DNA of 64,000 nucleotides from the human T2T-CHM13v2.0 reference genome, Homo sapiens, in NCBI RefSeq assembly GCF_009914755.1, contig NC_060930.1; one strand, written 5' to 3'. This document shows, piece after piece, positions 42,222 through 57,862 of the stretch. The notes beneath the pieces were generated by a model that made no database searches, was not told the DNA's origin, and was given only the letters and a program-made list of their open reading frames with translations. Numbering within the stretch: the stretch's first letter is position 1; every line of letters starts with the position of its first letter. The position numbers and the translations under genes are program-made.

Positions 42222-42885
42222 TCACACGACTGAAGAGGGCAAAGGCACCAGCACCAACATTTAAGTGTGGAACTAATAAGAAGGAAGTCAGGGAGATGGG
42301 AGGAGAGTGAGTTTGTTTTAAAGGTTAACAGGTTAACATCTCTGGGATGCTTCACTAAGCTACTCACAACTCTGGGTTGGCTTGTCAAGGTCACATCAAC
42401 ACTAATGTAAATAAGGTGATGCTACATTCCATTAAGCCACTTGTTGTTGGGAATTCTCTCAAACTGATCTGCAATTCAGAACCACGGTGAGCAACCTGTT
42501 GCCTCACCAGACTGCCTGGAACTGAGCTTGAATGTTGCTTGGGCAAGGTGTTTTTTCTCTGAAAATGTGCGTGAAAAAGCATCACGAAGGCCGTTTTTGT
42601 CAGTGTTGGCTTTGATGGATCATTCCAGAGAAATATGCTCTGTAGGAAATGAAAATATCATTCACTGAATCCTTCTGAATTCAATTAAAAACACCACTTG
42701 GGTTACACAGAAGCCCAGGAGAACCAGGACAAGGCGATCTAAAAAAGTTCCAAGGAAATAATTCTGACAAAGAGCATTACCAACTGATGGCAGAGGGGGA
42801 CTCTTACTAGGCTGTACAGATGAGTTTTCAAATTGGCAATCTGTTTTGCAGAACCTGAGTATTAATCCTGAAGGAACTCATGTGA

Positions 42886-43080
<195 letters not shown>

Positions 43081-43210
43081 TAGAGGCAGGGTTTCGCCAT
43101 GTTGCCCAGGTTGGTCTTGAACTAACTGGGCTCAAGCGATCCACTCACTTCAGCCTCCCAAAGTGCTGGGATTAAAGCGTGAGCCATCATGCCCAGCCCT
43201 TTGAAAGTAA

Positions 43211-43312
43211 TTCTAAGAGCAACAATGGATCAAGCTGGTATCCACCCATCAACAGTCAGAAAAGCAGCCTGGGTAATTTAGATGCAGGGGAGAGGAGTAC
43301 TAAATAAATGCC
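43211..43312. repeat. Dispersed direct repeat, copy A (intergenic), of an STK38 3'UTR segment
   Basis: 43211-43284 vs 45728-45800: 68/74 identical. Confidence 0.93.
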
Positions 43313-43643
43313 AATCAACCAAGCCAACTACAAAGAAACAGGTACTAAAGAAAATTGTGATGCATTCCTGAACTGGGAGACATCAAATGATATGATTTTG
43401 GTTTCATTTTAGTATGCAATTTTCTAACTACCCCAATGAGAGTAGGAAACAGAATTTCTGTCAACAGGATCGACACTGAGCCAGTGTTGCCCAACATGTT
43501 TCTTAGGATTCATAAGCCTTAGAAAGACATTACCCATTCTGGCTGCATTTAGCTTCCTCTGCCTGCAGTTTCTACTCTAGCTGGTCTTTGCCCCTCCCTT
43601 CTGGACTCCTTGAGGTGCTTTTCCCTACCCAGAAAGGGGCTAA

Positions 43644-43863
<220 letters not shown>

Positions 43864-44567
43864 TAGCTGAGACTACAGGCTCGTGCCACCATGCCCAGCT
43901 AATTTTTGTATTTTTAGTAAAGACGGGGTTTCACTATGTTAGCCAGGATGGTCTCAATCTTTCCTGACCTTGTGATCCCCCTGCCTCGGCCTCCCAAAGT
44001 CCTAGGATTACAGGTGTGAGACACCACACCCAGCCAACAATTCCATCTTATGAGCTCATGAGATTCCTCGTTGACTGCAGGCTGCGAAAAAATGGGGCTG
44101 GGCTGTAAAAGGCTGTACAAAAGGTCCACCAGATGACAGCACTTTTGTCAGGATGTGTGTGCCCTTGGCCTTACTGTGAGGGGAGGGCCCACTGCCCTGC
44201 AACACTGAGGTGGGTGGAAGAAGCACATGCAGTCGGGGCAAGAGAAGTCTCTTCATATGGACAGTGATTCAGGAGACTAGCTCCCTAAGAACAAAAGTCA
44301 GTCCCAGCTTCCCTGAGATGGAAAAGCACTTTGCATGAAGATGGTGATACAGTTTTGAAATTAACACTCGAAATTAGGCGTTGTAATGGTTTGTGGACAA
44401 AGGGGTTAAAAGCAGCCATCAGCACTCTGCCTCTAAGTTATATGCCACTATCTGCTTTAAATCACATCACAATCCCCTCTCAGCCTTTTTGCTAAGATCA
44501 AATGCAGTATCTGTTCTTATCAGTTTAATAAATCACACCACGTATTTCCACTACTGTTTTTACACAG

Positions 44568-44573
44568 TTTATT
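44568..44573 (-). terminator. STK38 distal poly(A) signal AATAAA
   Basis: TTTATT on +; GU-rich (gtggtgtg) downstream on -. Confidence 0.8.
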
Positions 44574-45727
44574 CAGAAGTTTAAAAGTTAAAATGTGGGC
44601 ATTTTCCCCTGAAACAAATCATCCCCTGCCACTCCCCAACACAAAGACTCTCCCAACACCGCAGTTCCTTCTCTTTACCCAGGCTTACCACACATTCTTG
44701 CAAAACACACAGGAGTCAACACCCCAACTATTTGGTAATACAAAGAGACTACAAAGTCACACAAAAGAATCTCATTTACTTCCTTTTCACTAGCAGGCTA
44801 TGAATGAAAGACTGAGAGGCAAACACATCACCTTCATCCAGAGTTGACACTTCCCTAACCTTTTTTCTTCCTCTAAGAGGTTAAAATCCAAAGTAGTTTC
44901 ACTGACAACTGTAACTCTGATATTCCATTTTTCTCTTCTGAATGGCTAAGCTAGGACATACTTTCCTTTCAAAGCTGATCTTCAGAACCTCAAGACTGGC
45001 AGAAAGCAGGCTCCCAGCTGCAGCTCGGCCACAATACTTTGCAACAGGCAAAGTTCCCACATAGGTGCAAATGATGCTTTAAGAGTTATCAAAACTTTTT
45101 AAAAAATAATGCATTAATATGGAGCCTCCACATTTTTCTGACGAAATTCCTCTAAAGGTGGTGGCAGCTGTGAAACAGAAGGCACTTTGTGCTAAAATTC
45201 AGAGGGTCTCTCAAGAGAGAACGCCACAGCAGAGAGACCCAATCCGCCTAAGTTGCAGGCGACCCTTTAGGGTGGGGAGGAGTATCCCCCAGGAAGGCAT
45301 CTGCAAAGGAAAAAATTGTAATCATGATTCCAAGGCAAAATGGCTAAAGTTGGGAGAGAAGAAATACCAAGAGAGAAGACAAAACATGGCTGTGCCAAGG
45401 ACTGAGGAGTGAGCTTTACAAGGACTTGTCAGCTGGCTCTGTACTTCTATTGGGCTGGTTCCTTCACCATTTCCAAAGGGGTTCTGGAGACCTTGCAGGA
45501 ACAGGAACAGCACCTTAGCCAAGAGGGTTCCAGGCCTCCTGCCTAGGCCTGGGCTCTCCTCGTTAGGTTCCCAGGAATAAATTGAGTTCCCATTGGCAGC
45601 ACTTGCAGGTATTGCTAGTCCACGGCAAGATCTGTCTTAGGGATTTTCTGGTACAGCCGTGAAGAGAAAGTGAGGGTTTTCCACATAATCCGGGATTTCT
45701 TGGCAATGCCCAAAGACTTTCTGGGCC

Positions 45728-45865
45728 TTCTAAGAGCAACAGTGGATCAAGCTGGTAACCCCCATCAACACTCAGAAAAGCAGCATGGGTATTTTAGATG
45801 GGGGACAGGAGGAGATAAATCAATGGATTGACAGTCTTTATCTTAGTACCATAAATAAAGTGCAC
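45728..45865. repeat. Dispersed direct repeat, copy B (within the STK38 3'UTR)
   Basis: Matches 43211-43312. Confidence 0.9.
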
Positions 45866-45983
45866 CATGAATGGAGGCTATAAGCCACTCGCCTGAGGCT
45901 GAGGTATGGGTAGAAACTACCATCACCACCCTCAGGGTGGCGGATCATTTCCTTCAGCCAGAATCCTGGCTGCTGAGACTGTC

Positions 45984-45997
45984 TTTATTGCTTTATT
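45984..45997 (-). terminator. Tandem candidate proximal poly(A) signals of STK38
   Basis: TTTATT at 45984-45989 and 45992-45997. Confidence 0.5.
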
Positions 45998-46446
45998 TCC
46001 TTAGTACTATGGAACTTTTAGCTATAAAGGAAATACTTGGTGGGCTTGGCAGAGAGCGTGTCACAAAATTACAGGAACTGGCTGATATTCGATGACTATA
46101 CACGACAATCTCAATAATGTTGGATGATGGCTGTTTTTCCCCTTCATTCTGATGAACTTAGGAAAACTCAAGTTATTTTTAAAACACCTATCAAATTGGC
46201 TCATGATGCTTCTCTTCCAAAGCAGGATAGCTGTTTATGGCCGACGTAGTAGAAATGGTTGTCTTTGTTTACAGTTTTTCAGATGCATTATGGAAGAAAA
46301 TCCTCTTACTACCACATTTCAGGAGACTTTACTATGACATATTGGTGGGTTCCATCAACTTCTTGGAAGCTCTTCAAGAGTGTGAGAGGAAAAGCATGAT
46401 GTTATACAAAGAACTCTGCTCCACATAGGATTCCGTGGCAAGAGTA

Positions 46447-46577
46447 CTATTTTGCTGCTTTCATGTAGGAAGGTATTGCCCCCCTTGCAGTCAGGCCCTC
46501 AAAGCGCTTGTACGTGTAATTGATGAAGACCCAGTCTTTGTTCTTGTAGTCAGTCTCAGGATGATTACTTGTGGCCA
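46447..46577 (-). CDS. STK38: STK38/NDR1 last coding exon (hydrophobic motif FINYTY, Thr444)
   Basis: cccag|; VATSNHPETDYKNKDWVFINYTYKRFEGLTARGAIPSYMKAAK*; 131 nt. Confidence 0.97.
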
Positions 46578-47194
46578 CTGGGAAAGAAATAGATGTGAGA
46601 GTTGATTCACTGCCTTGCCTCCAATGGACTGCTCACGGTGCTGAAGACAGGACTATGAAGAACACACCAGTTTCTATTTGGGAAAGCTTATTTTTCACTC
46701 TATGAATTTTTTTTTTTTTTTTTTTTGAGACAGAGTCTTGCTCTGTCGCCAGGCTGGAGTGCAGTGGCGTCATCTCAGCTCACTGCAACCTTGCCTCCCG
46801 GGTTCAAACAATCCTTCTGCCTCAGCCTCCCCAGTAGCTGGGACTACAGGCGTGTGCCACCATACCCAGCTGATTTTTGTATTTTTAGTAGAGATGGAGT
46901 TTCACCATGTTGGCCAGGATGGTCTCGATCTCTTGACCTTGTGATCTGCCCACCTCGGCCTCCCAAAGTGCTGGGGTTTCAGGCATGAGCCACCGCGCCT
47001 GGCCTCACTCTATGAATTTTCCACATTTTCTTGCTCATGTTCTTTAAATCTCATATTTCTTCACAAATTTTTTAATGTTTTATTTTCCCATTCCTGTCAT
47101 TTCAGATTACCTAACACTTAGTAAATAACAAAAGAACAGATTTTTGTGACTTACTCACCCAGTTGAGCAGTCTAAACATGGGAGCTGATACTCA

Positions 47195-47680
<486 letters not shown>

Positions 47681-48399
47681 TCATTCATAGCTAGAAAGAA
47701 AGATAAGAATAACTAAAACGTGAAGTTAGTGCAACTCCCCCCATGGCCTGGCCTGTCTACTAAAAAGGGAAACTGAACCTCTAAATGTCCCCTTGTGTAG
47801 GGCTCTGCCCTTCTTCCACTGGAGGTGCCAAGTAGGATGGCTAGAAAAGTGGCAAAGGTAAAAAATCACAAGCAGCAAATCAGTACACAATTATAAAATA
47901 AATGAAAACTTCACCTTCTATTTAATAACCAATGAATGCTGAATGAGAAGGTCTGGACTACAGCAGGTGGTCTAGGCTCTCACGGCTATTGGCCGTAGTC
48001 TACTACCCCCACCATAACAATTTTCACTCTCCCTTTCCCTCTCCACTTCCACCCCTCCAATCTTTCCTCCACTCCTTTCTCCCTTCTCTATGTTCCAGTG
48101 ATACCTTCCACCCTGTGGGCAGGAACAGTCCCGCTGGCGGGACCTAAGAGGTTGCTGAGTTCTAGGTAAAGGGTAATACGCTTCCTAGATGCTCCCTCCA
48201 CCTCAAAAAACAAAGTTCACTTCACTTTGTAAATAACTGCTAGATTCAATATATTCCATGACACACGGCTGACAAAAAATCTAATGCCCAATCTTCACCA
48301 TGAATGAAAATCAGGAAAAGACCCTAAATCTCTAAGAAGCTCTCTTCCCTTACTTGGCTTGCCAATGATGGTCCTTCCAAATTATTATTAAGTAAACTA

Positions 48400-48961
<562 letters not shown>

Positions 48962-49021
48962 TAAAAAAATGGAATCATTCATATTAAAAAGCTGAGAAAG
49001 AAGGTGGAGGGATGTTCTCTA

Positions 49022-49177
<156 letters not shown>

Positions 49178-50479
49178 TTACACTCCAGAACTTTGAATCT
49201 GACCGAGATTACTCTCCTTAATAAAATTCTATGTCTTTTTTTTTCTTTTTTCTTTTTTTTTTTTTTTTGAGACAGGGTCTCACTCTGTTACCTAGGCTGG
49301 GGTGCAGTGGCACAATCATGGTTCACTGCAGCCTTGAATTCCTGGGCTCAAGTGATCTTCCTGCCTCAGCCTTCCCAGTAGGTGGGACTACAGAAGAGCA
49401 CCACCACACCCAGCTGATTTTTTATTTTTCTTTTGTAAAGACAGAGTCTTGCTATGTTGATCAGGCTTATTTTGAACTCCTGGGTTTAAGAGATACTACC
49501 ACCTCGACCTCCCAAAGTGCTGGGATTACAGGCATAAGCCACTGTGCCCGGCCTGATTCTGTATGTCTTTAATGACTACTGGATTACTCTGTATGGCCAT
49601 CCCTCCATGACACAGACAGGATTTCCACTTATCCCAGAAAATACCTAAACCTATTTTTCATTTTCCCCCAAACTCCCAGACCCAAAGTGAAATCATGCCT
49701 CTGGTACCACTAGGAAGTCAGCTAATAGGTAGAGCTGGGAAAAGAAAGGAGGACATAAATAGAGTTGCAGGTGTGGGAATCACCATGCCCAAAGAAGAAA
49801 TGAAAGGATGAAACAATATCATTCCAGAAATACCCTTATATGGGTAAAGTACCAAATAACTTGAATAAGAAAAAAGCATAGATTTTAAAAATGACCACCA
49901 TGCCTCTTTTTGAGAACTACAGGCAAGAAGACAAACACGCACACACCCTATCACCCCATCTTCCCTCCAGACGGTGTACGCCCACCTCCACAGGCATCGT
50001 TCCCATGTTCCTGAAGCCAAAGCAGCCAGATAGACTCACCCGGAACCACCAAGGATATACTTAATCTAGTGCTCACTGGCATATGACCACCCCCACAGAT
50101 GCGTCCCATAAATACAGAGACACACCAATACAATAAGAGGGAGAGAGGCCAGAGGGTCCCATGATTTGAAGGCTTTGACAGAGGAAGGGGGCGGCAAATT
50201 AGGAAAGTGAGGCAATGCCCAGTTGAAGTGCTCTGCATACAACGGATATTTAATAAATGCTAGTGACTAAAAGAGCTTCTAGATGGAGAAGATGAAGGTA
50301 TAAGAGAAAGAAAAACATAAAAAATGATCAGCAAAGCAATTGCAGGATGCCAGTAAGCCCAAGAATGGAGTGGGATACATCTTACTGAAAGAGGTGTCAT
50401 CTGTCTAAAACAATTCACTTTGAAAGACAAGTAGGGAAATCACTTAGATCACTGCCAATTGAAACAGAGGCTGGTATCA

Positions 50480-50728
<249 letters not shown>

Positions 50729-51205
50729 CTATGAGTAACATCAGAAGCTACCCCCAAGCTAAATAAGCAGGACTGCCCAGTAGCTTAATGGCAAGCTCGA
50801 TTTCCCAAAGCACTTTCCAAAATGAACAATAAAGCTTTGTTCATGAGGCAGGAGACCCTTAACTATGAGTCACTAGGGCGAAGGCATCTGTGTCATAATA
50901 ACTGGTATTACAATTTACTGAGCACCCATTAAGTACTAGGCTCTGTACTTAATATATATATTACATGAGTTTTATATATATATATAACTTCATATACATG
51001 AGTCCATTTAATCCTGACGAAACTTTTCCAAGGAGGACCTTATTAGCTTAACTTTGCAGATACAATTTGATGCTCAAAATGGCTTTGCCTGAGACCGCAG
51101 AACTAGTTAGGTGGTAGAGCCCAGTTTAAAAATTAAATATCTGGCCGGGAGTGGTGGTTCACGCCTGTAATCCCAGCACTTTGAGAGGCTGAGGTGGGCG
51201 GATCA

Positions 51206-51480
<275 letters not shown>

Positions 51481-52049
51481 CTATGATACACATTCTTTGA
51501 TTTGACACAATCATAAAGGGAAGCTATATGATCAAAAGCTAAAGTTATATCCTATAACTTAAACATTTATAAATACCTATTTACCAAACTTAATTGTTTT
51601 TGTATATAGTTCTTGGAGGAATGTTTTCTTTTTCTAAGAAATGGGGGTCTCCCTTTGTGGGCCCAGGCTGGAGTGCAGTGGCACGATGATGGCTCACCTC
51701 AAACTCCTAGGCTCAAGAGATCCTCCCACCTCAGCCACCATAGTAGCTAGGACCACAGGTGCATGCCACCACACCTGGCTAATTTTTTAATTTTTTTGTA
51801 GAGATGGGGTTTTGCCATCTTGCCCAGACTGGTCTTTAACTCCTGGCTCAAGTGATCCTCCCACCTCAGCCTCCCAAAGTGCTGGGATTACAGGTGTGAG
51901 CCACCGCACCTGACCAAGAGAAACATTTTCTGCATTCCAGTATTCTACTCTAACATACCAGGACTGCAAAATAAGAGGAGAAAGTACAATCAAAGCCTCC
52001 TAATGTACTTAACATTTGAGGGCTTCCATGTGTAAGGCTCTGATCTAGG

Positions 52050-54090
52050 TGCTTTAAATATTATATAATTTTTTAAATTACAGTTGTATTGTTTTTAAAA
52101 CATGTATTATGAAATATTACAAACATACAGAAAAAAGGAACAGACAATACAATACAGACCCATTACCCACATTAAAAAGATTAATAATTTGCCATATTTG
52201 TCTCAGATCATTTGTCTTTTTTTTTTTTTTTGAGATGAACCACACCTGGCTAATTTTTTGTATTTTTAGTAGAGACAGGGTTTCACCACATTGGCCAGGC
52301 TGGTCACAAACTCCTGACCTCAAGTGATCCACCCACCTCAGCCTCCCAAAGTACTGGGATTACAGGAGTGAGCCACCGCAACCGGCCTTGTTTGTCTTAA
52401 CATTCGTTTTGAGATTTATTCATGTAGCTCTAGTTCACTCATTTCTCTGCCGTATGCTATACTGTTATATAAATTAGTCACAATAGTTTTTATCCGTTCT
52501 TCTGTAATGGACAGTTACAGTGCTTCCAGTATTTCACTATGACAAATAACACCTGAATAAACATTCTTTTAATACCTTCTTGGGCACTGTGCAAGCATTC
52601 CTCTAGAGTATTAACTAGAATATTGCTGAGCCTTGGGTTATAAGCATTTAAACTTGAGGTATCTTCCATGTCCTCCAAAGTAGTTAGTCCCTATTTAAAC
52701 CAACCCCGGTGGGGATTAGCTTCTGGTACTCCATATCTCATCAAGACTTGGCTTTGTCAGATTTTTTTTTATTTTTACCAATCTGATGAATATGAAATGG
52801 GATCTCTTTTTTTTTCTTTTTAAGAGATGGGGTCTTGCTCTGTCACCCGGGCTGGAGTGCAGTGGTATGATCATAGCTCACTGCAGCCTTGAAATCCTGG
52901 CCTCAAGGGATTCTCCTGCCTCAGCCTCCTGAGTAGCTGGGACTGTAGGGATGTGCCAGCATGGCTGGGATCTTGTTTTAATTTGCATTTACTTTATTTC
53001 AAGTAGGGTTGAGCACATATTCATATTTTAATTAGCCATCCAGGTTTTTATTATGAATTCCTATTCAGATCCTTTGTCCATTAGTATTTTTTAAGTTGTG
53101 TTGTCCTTTTTCTTATTGATTCATAGGAATTCTTTATGAATTCAGGACATTAATCTGTTTAAGATATTTGTATACTGCAAGTATCTTCTCCCAGATTGAC
53201 GCTTGTTATTTTTATTGTGATTTTTTTAATGAAGTAGTATTTGTTACCAAAAGTAAATATGTCACATACATACATCTGTTAATTACATACATTATCAAAT
53301 TATAATGCATAATCATGAAAATGAATAGCCACGAGTTCAACTGAAGAACCAAGGAATACCAATATTATTAAAGCTAAACATGTACTCCTCCTCGTCTCTC
53401 CTGCTTCTCTTAACCACTATGCTGAATTTCGTGTTTTGTCACTCCTCTGCTTTTAAAAAGAATTTTGCCATCTATCTCTCTAAATGAGATCTTAGTTTTA
53501 TTTTTGAGCTTTATTAAAATGGTACCATTCTATATACAGTCTTCTGCTATTAGATTCTTCCTCTCAACTTTGTTTCTAAAATTGATTCACACTGTCACAA
53601 GTAGCTGTTCGTTCAATTATTTTTACTGCTGCAAAATATTCTATTCCAGAATGTAACTGTTTTCCTGTGGATGGACACTGGATTATTCCCAGTCTTTTGC
53701 TATTATGAAAATGCAATAAACATTCTTCTGAATGTCTCCTGGTTCACATGTGCAGTTTCTCCAGGGCCTATGACTAGGGGTAGAATTGCAGCGCTGTAGG
53801 GTGTACACATGAATTCTGAAAGATAATTCCAAAGTAGCTGTACTGTGTGGCTTGTCTTTTCATTTCTTTACGTCTTTTGATATATAGAAGGTTTTTTTTC
53901 CTTAAAGTAATAAAATAAACCAACTTTTTCCTTTATGAGCTGTAGTTCTTGTTTAAGAAATCCCTCTTTACTCTGAGGTCATAAAGATATTGCCCTGTAT
54001 TTTCTTTAAAAATTTTTAAAGTTTAATTTCCCATCTAGAATTGACTTTTGCATATACTGTAAGGTAGGGATCCATTTTTTCCATATAGCT
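52050..54090 (-). mobile_element. Old L1M fragments with interspersed Alu pieces; (TG)n at ~54093-54122
   Basis: L1 3'-like T-rich text (gatggacactggattattcccagtcttttgctattatg; atttgcattt...gttgagcacat). Confidence 0.6.
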
Positions 54091-55713
54091 AAGTGTGTGT
54101 GTGTGTGTGTGTTTGTGTGTGTATGATATATATTTAAATGCAGATATTAACACAAATGCCAGTGTTGTCTTTTGTCTTTAAGCTTTAAAAACTGACATGT
54201 GGATTAGGCCCTCTCCAAGAATTTTCATTCTAATCATAAAGGTAAGAAATTACAAACTCTTTAATTTAGAGATGAGGTTTACTCTACCAAAGATGAATGT
54301 AAATCTAAGCAGATCTTACTTGTTCAAAGATTTCCATTATAAAACCAGAGGTCTACTGCCAGAGGAAAAGAACTCCTTCAAGATACCAGTGCATTAAAAA
54401 AAACTCTTAACGAGTTATAAAATATAGCAAACAACAGGCTCAAACCTGTGAAGGTAAAAGTATTGCTCTTATTCCAGAAACTAGAGTCTGCCACTGGAGC
54501 TCGCTCGCATTTTACCACACTTTTTACCACACCATCTGTACCAGGTGTGCCCTTTCCAATCTAAGGACTGCCCCCTTCCCAAACCTTTGTTGTTTTCCAC
54601 ACCAGGGTGTCCTCCAACTCCAACCTCGTAAATCTGTACTCCAGTTTCTCCTTTTTTCTGTCTGGGTATTTCAAGTGTCAATGAAAATTGCTATCTGGAA
54701 TAGCTCTGTTGGTTGTTAACAGTCATTTCAACTGAATGTGTTCTAACCTTATGATTTTGTGTCAGGGTTTTAGAAGAAATAAAGCAATTTAATTTCCTAC
54801 TCACTTCTGTAAATTCAACCCTAAAAAATTAAACTGACCAAGATTGGATGCCTATGTGTCTATTACCTTTTATATCTGTAATTAACTTAAAGCTGACTCA
54901 TATTAATCAGTTACTGGGGCCTAAGGTTATACAGGACGACATAACAATTTAAAACATTACAATATGATTTAAGCAGCCGAGGAATGAAGCTAAAGCCTCT
55001 ACTTTTTTTAGTGATTCCCAATGGACTAAAAAGTAATAGGCTGAGTAGCAATTACATATGTTAGGCTTAACCTAGAGCAGTAAATTTATATTAACCATTA
55101 ACGAATATCAATCTTCAGCTTGGTACTAGCTGAATGGGATCACTAACAAAAGGTCAAAGTAACACAGTTAATTAACATTTGGAAGACTGAGAGGTGGCTT
55201 CATTTTCTTCAAGTTATGAAAAGAGATAATATGAAGATGACCTTAATTTACACTTTCCCATTTCTACTGTATATAGTATAAAAAGGCAAGAACCTTAACC
55301 ATAGCATCAGGGCCTTAAGTTTATTCAGATTTTCAAAAATGTTTTTAACTATTAAATGACATTTAACTGCAAATACGAAAATTGTGAAATTGCTTTCCTT
55401 ATAGAACTATAGAAATGGTTCCTCTAATCATGACATGACCCTTGGGTACACATCAAAGAGCACAAAGCTTGTCTTGGAATATAAGGAACAATTCAAAACA
55501 CTTAAGCTTTATCCCCAAAATACTTGTCAGCACAGTAGCCAAAGGTTAAATCCTGGCCTCCAAAAAAAAAAAAAAAAAAAAAAAAGAAAGAAAGAAAAGA
55601 AAGGAAAGAAAGAAAGAAAAGAAATCACAGATTCCTTACCTTCTGTTTCCAAAAAATAGATAAATATTAGTTTCCCAACAACGCAGGAGCTATTATTTAA
55701 GACATAACCTCTT

Positions 55714-55890
55714 CAGTGGAGGTTCTCCACATTCACTGCACAGTAGAATCACTCAGTCTTTTAAAAACCAGATACCCAGACTATATCCCAGACCAACTGA
55801 ATCATAATTTCTGTGGGTGGAACCTGGACATCAACATGTTCTGAAGTTCCCCAAGTGATTTTGTTGTGCAACCAAGGTTAAAAACTACTC
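55714..55890. mobile_element. MER5-type DNA transposon
   Basis: cagtgg..ttctc...tagaatcact...cccagaccaactgaatca...ccccaagtgatt..tgtgcaaccaaggttaaaaactact. Confidence 0.65.
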
Positions 55891-57245
55891 CTCTGTGGAG
55901 AGACATAATAGAAGCATCTGACCAAATTTGTTCCTGACACTCCCTAATCCTCAACAAGATAAACCATTTTTCAACCACATACAGAATTCAGAAGTTTAAA
56001 GAGTCGCAGAGTTCCCAAGGAAGGGAGACTATTTTGTAACTAACTGTACTAAACTGAAGATTTCCCAAGTAAATATTGTCTGAGGCCCCACTGATAGGTG
56101 GGCTTCAAATAAATCAAAACGAATGCAAGGCTTTCCTTTGACTCTTCCTTAAACCATCCCATAGGCTTCCATTTTCACATGTAACTGACATCCACCTATT
56201 AGTGACCTACTAAGAGTGTTATTAAAGGTACTCTAGAGAACTGTAAATCAGTATTTTACTAGGAATTCTGACTGAAACACAGTATTTGGTAAACTTGCCA
56301 AGTTACTACCATATATGTGGGCAAACGGAAGTGCTACCATTTCCAGACAATACATTTGCATGACCATCATTCCAAGTTAGTCAGTTTCCCATTGCTGCTA
56401 CTCTGCTTTCTAATGACCAAATGTTAGTTTGGCTTTACCATCATCAATTTCATTTGCTATGGGTTTCTTGCAAAGCTTAAGAATGTAGTGATACGCATTT
56501 CTATTATCTGGCCAATAACTTTCCAGTAACTGGACACTGGAACATGTACACTGAACTTCAAACATGAACCAATTTATCAGCTATTGGCAAAAAATAAATT
56601 CTGCTTAGACAGCAATATTTCACTGGTAAATTTGTACTTCCAACATACTATCAAGGTAAACACGATGTTTCTTATTTTTCAGCCTGTAGGACATAATTTT
56701 ATATAGGCACAAAGTCAAATGCATATAAAGTAATAAGCATTCCCTTTATATTTCTCTCCAATCTTTATAAGTAAGTTCTTTTTTACATCACAAAGTCAGA
56801 AAGTGTGAGGCAAATGAATTGAGGAGTCTTGACTTGCCCTTGCCCGAGTGGATCAAAATTTTTAAAAAGTTTGAGAATTGATGCCTGAAAACTCTAAGTA
56901 GGTATTTGTACTTAGTTCTGACAGATCTCCAGCTTAAATATAACCCCTTTACCACTATGAAAATGGAGAAAAGGTGGGGCAGGAAGGAAAGGTATTGTTA
57001 CCAAGCTAAAAGGTCAGAATGAGGTCGCCCACGGAAAATGTCACAATCAAAACAACCTAATATTACCTGTCCTCCTTCAAAAGATTCCTTTCGGTCCTAC
57101 CAACCTAACAACAGCACTCTCTTTAGGTAATCTTAAAAGCAAGGGATATGTTGCAAATATTTGTCAAATGCAAATTTATGTGAAAATCTTTTGAACTTAT
57201 TCATACTTGGTTTGTAGCATTTCAGAAGCCACAGATATTACTTAC

Positions 57246-57307
57246 TAGCTGACGTCTATTTCTTTTCCAGGTTTCTGCTTTCCTTTTGGAATTCATGTTC
57301 TGGAAAG
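57246..57307 (-). CDS. STK38: STK38 exon (basic autoinhibitory insert)
   Basis: tttcag|; TFQNMNSKRKAETWKRNRRQL; CTA|gtaagt; 62 nt. Confidence 0.96.
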
Positions 57308-57828
57308 CTGAAAGTAAAGAATACAAGCTGCAGTCAAAGTTCAGACCAAAATGTTTACTACTTTTTTTAGTAGGCTCTTTCAAGTCACATGAGACCCTAA
57401 AGTCTTGCTTTTCTTCTACTCATACATCAAAAGCTCCAGATGATACATATCCTAGTACGTTTACAGTAAACCCAAATCAGAGGCTGTAAAGCATTAACTT
57501 AAAAGACTCACACAGAGTTGTAAAAGGCACTCCCATGTGGATCAAGTGGCAGAGGATACAGTACAGGACTTAATCAGAATTACAGGGAATTCAGTCTCAA
57601 CTAGAATTGAGGTCCTAACGTGGACCTAAAACAGTCACAATTTCTCAAAATTACCATCAATTTTCCAAGTAGTAGTAACTTATATGATCAGGGACATCTG
57701 AATTTATGATACATGATTTGACATATGCTTTTCTAGGATGAACTGAAATTTTACTACATAGTTGTCAACGATTTCATAGTGCTCAAATGGAAGTGACTGT
57801 CATAAAGATAAACTTCTTTCTGTCATGA

Positions 57829-57862
57829 AGGACAAATCTAGCCCAGGACAAATCTAGCCCAG
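57829..57862. repeat. Perfect 16-bp tandem duplication
   Basis: AGGACAAATCTAGCCC x2 followed by AG. Confidence 0.95.

Larger units (their letters stand above)
44550..46446 (-). other. STK38: STK38 3'UTR (~1.9 kb, no Alu)
   Basis: Lies between the stop codon (46447) and the distal poly(A) signal; end approximate. Confidence 0.8.
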
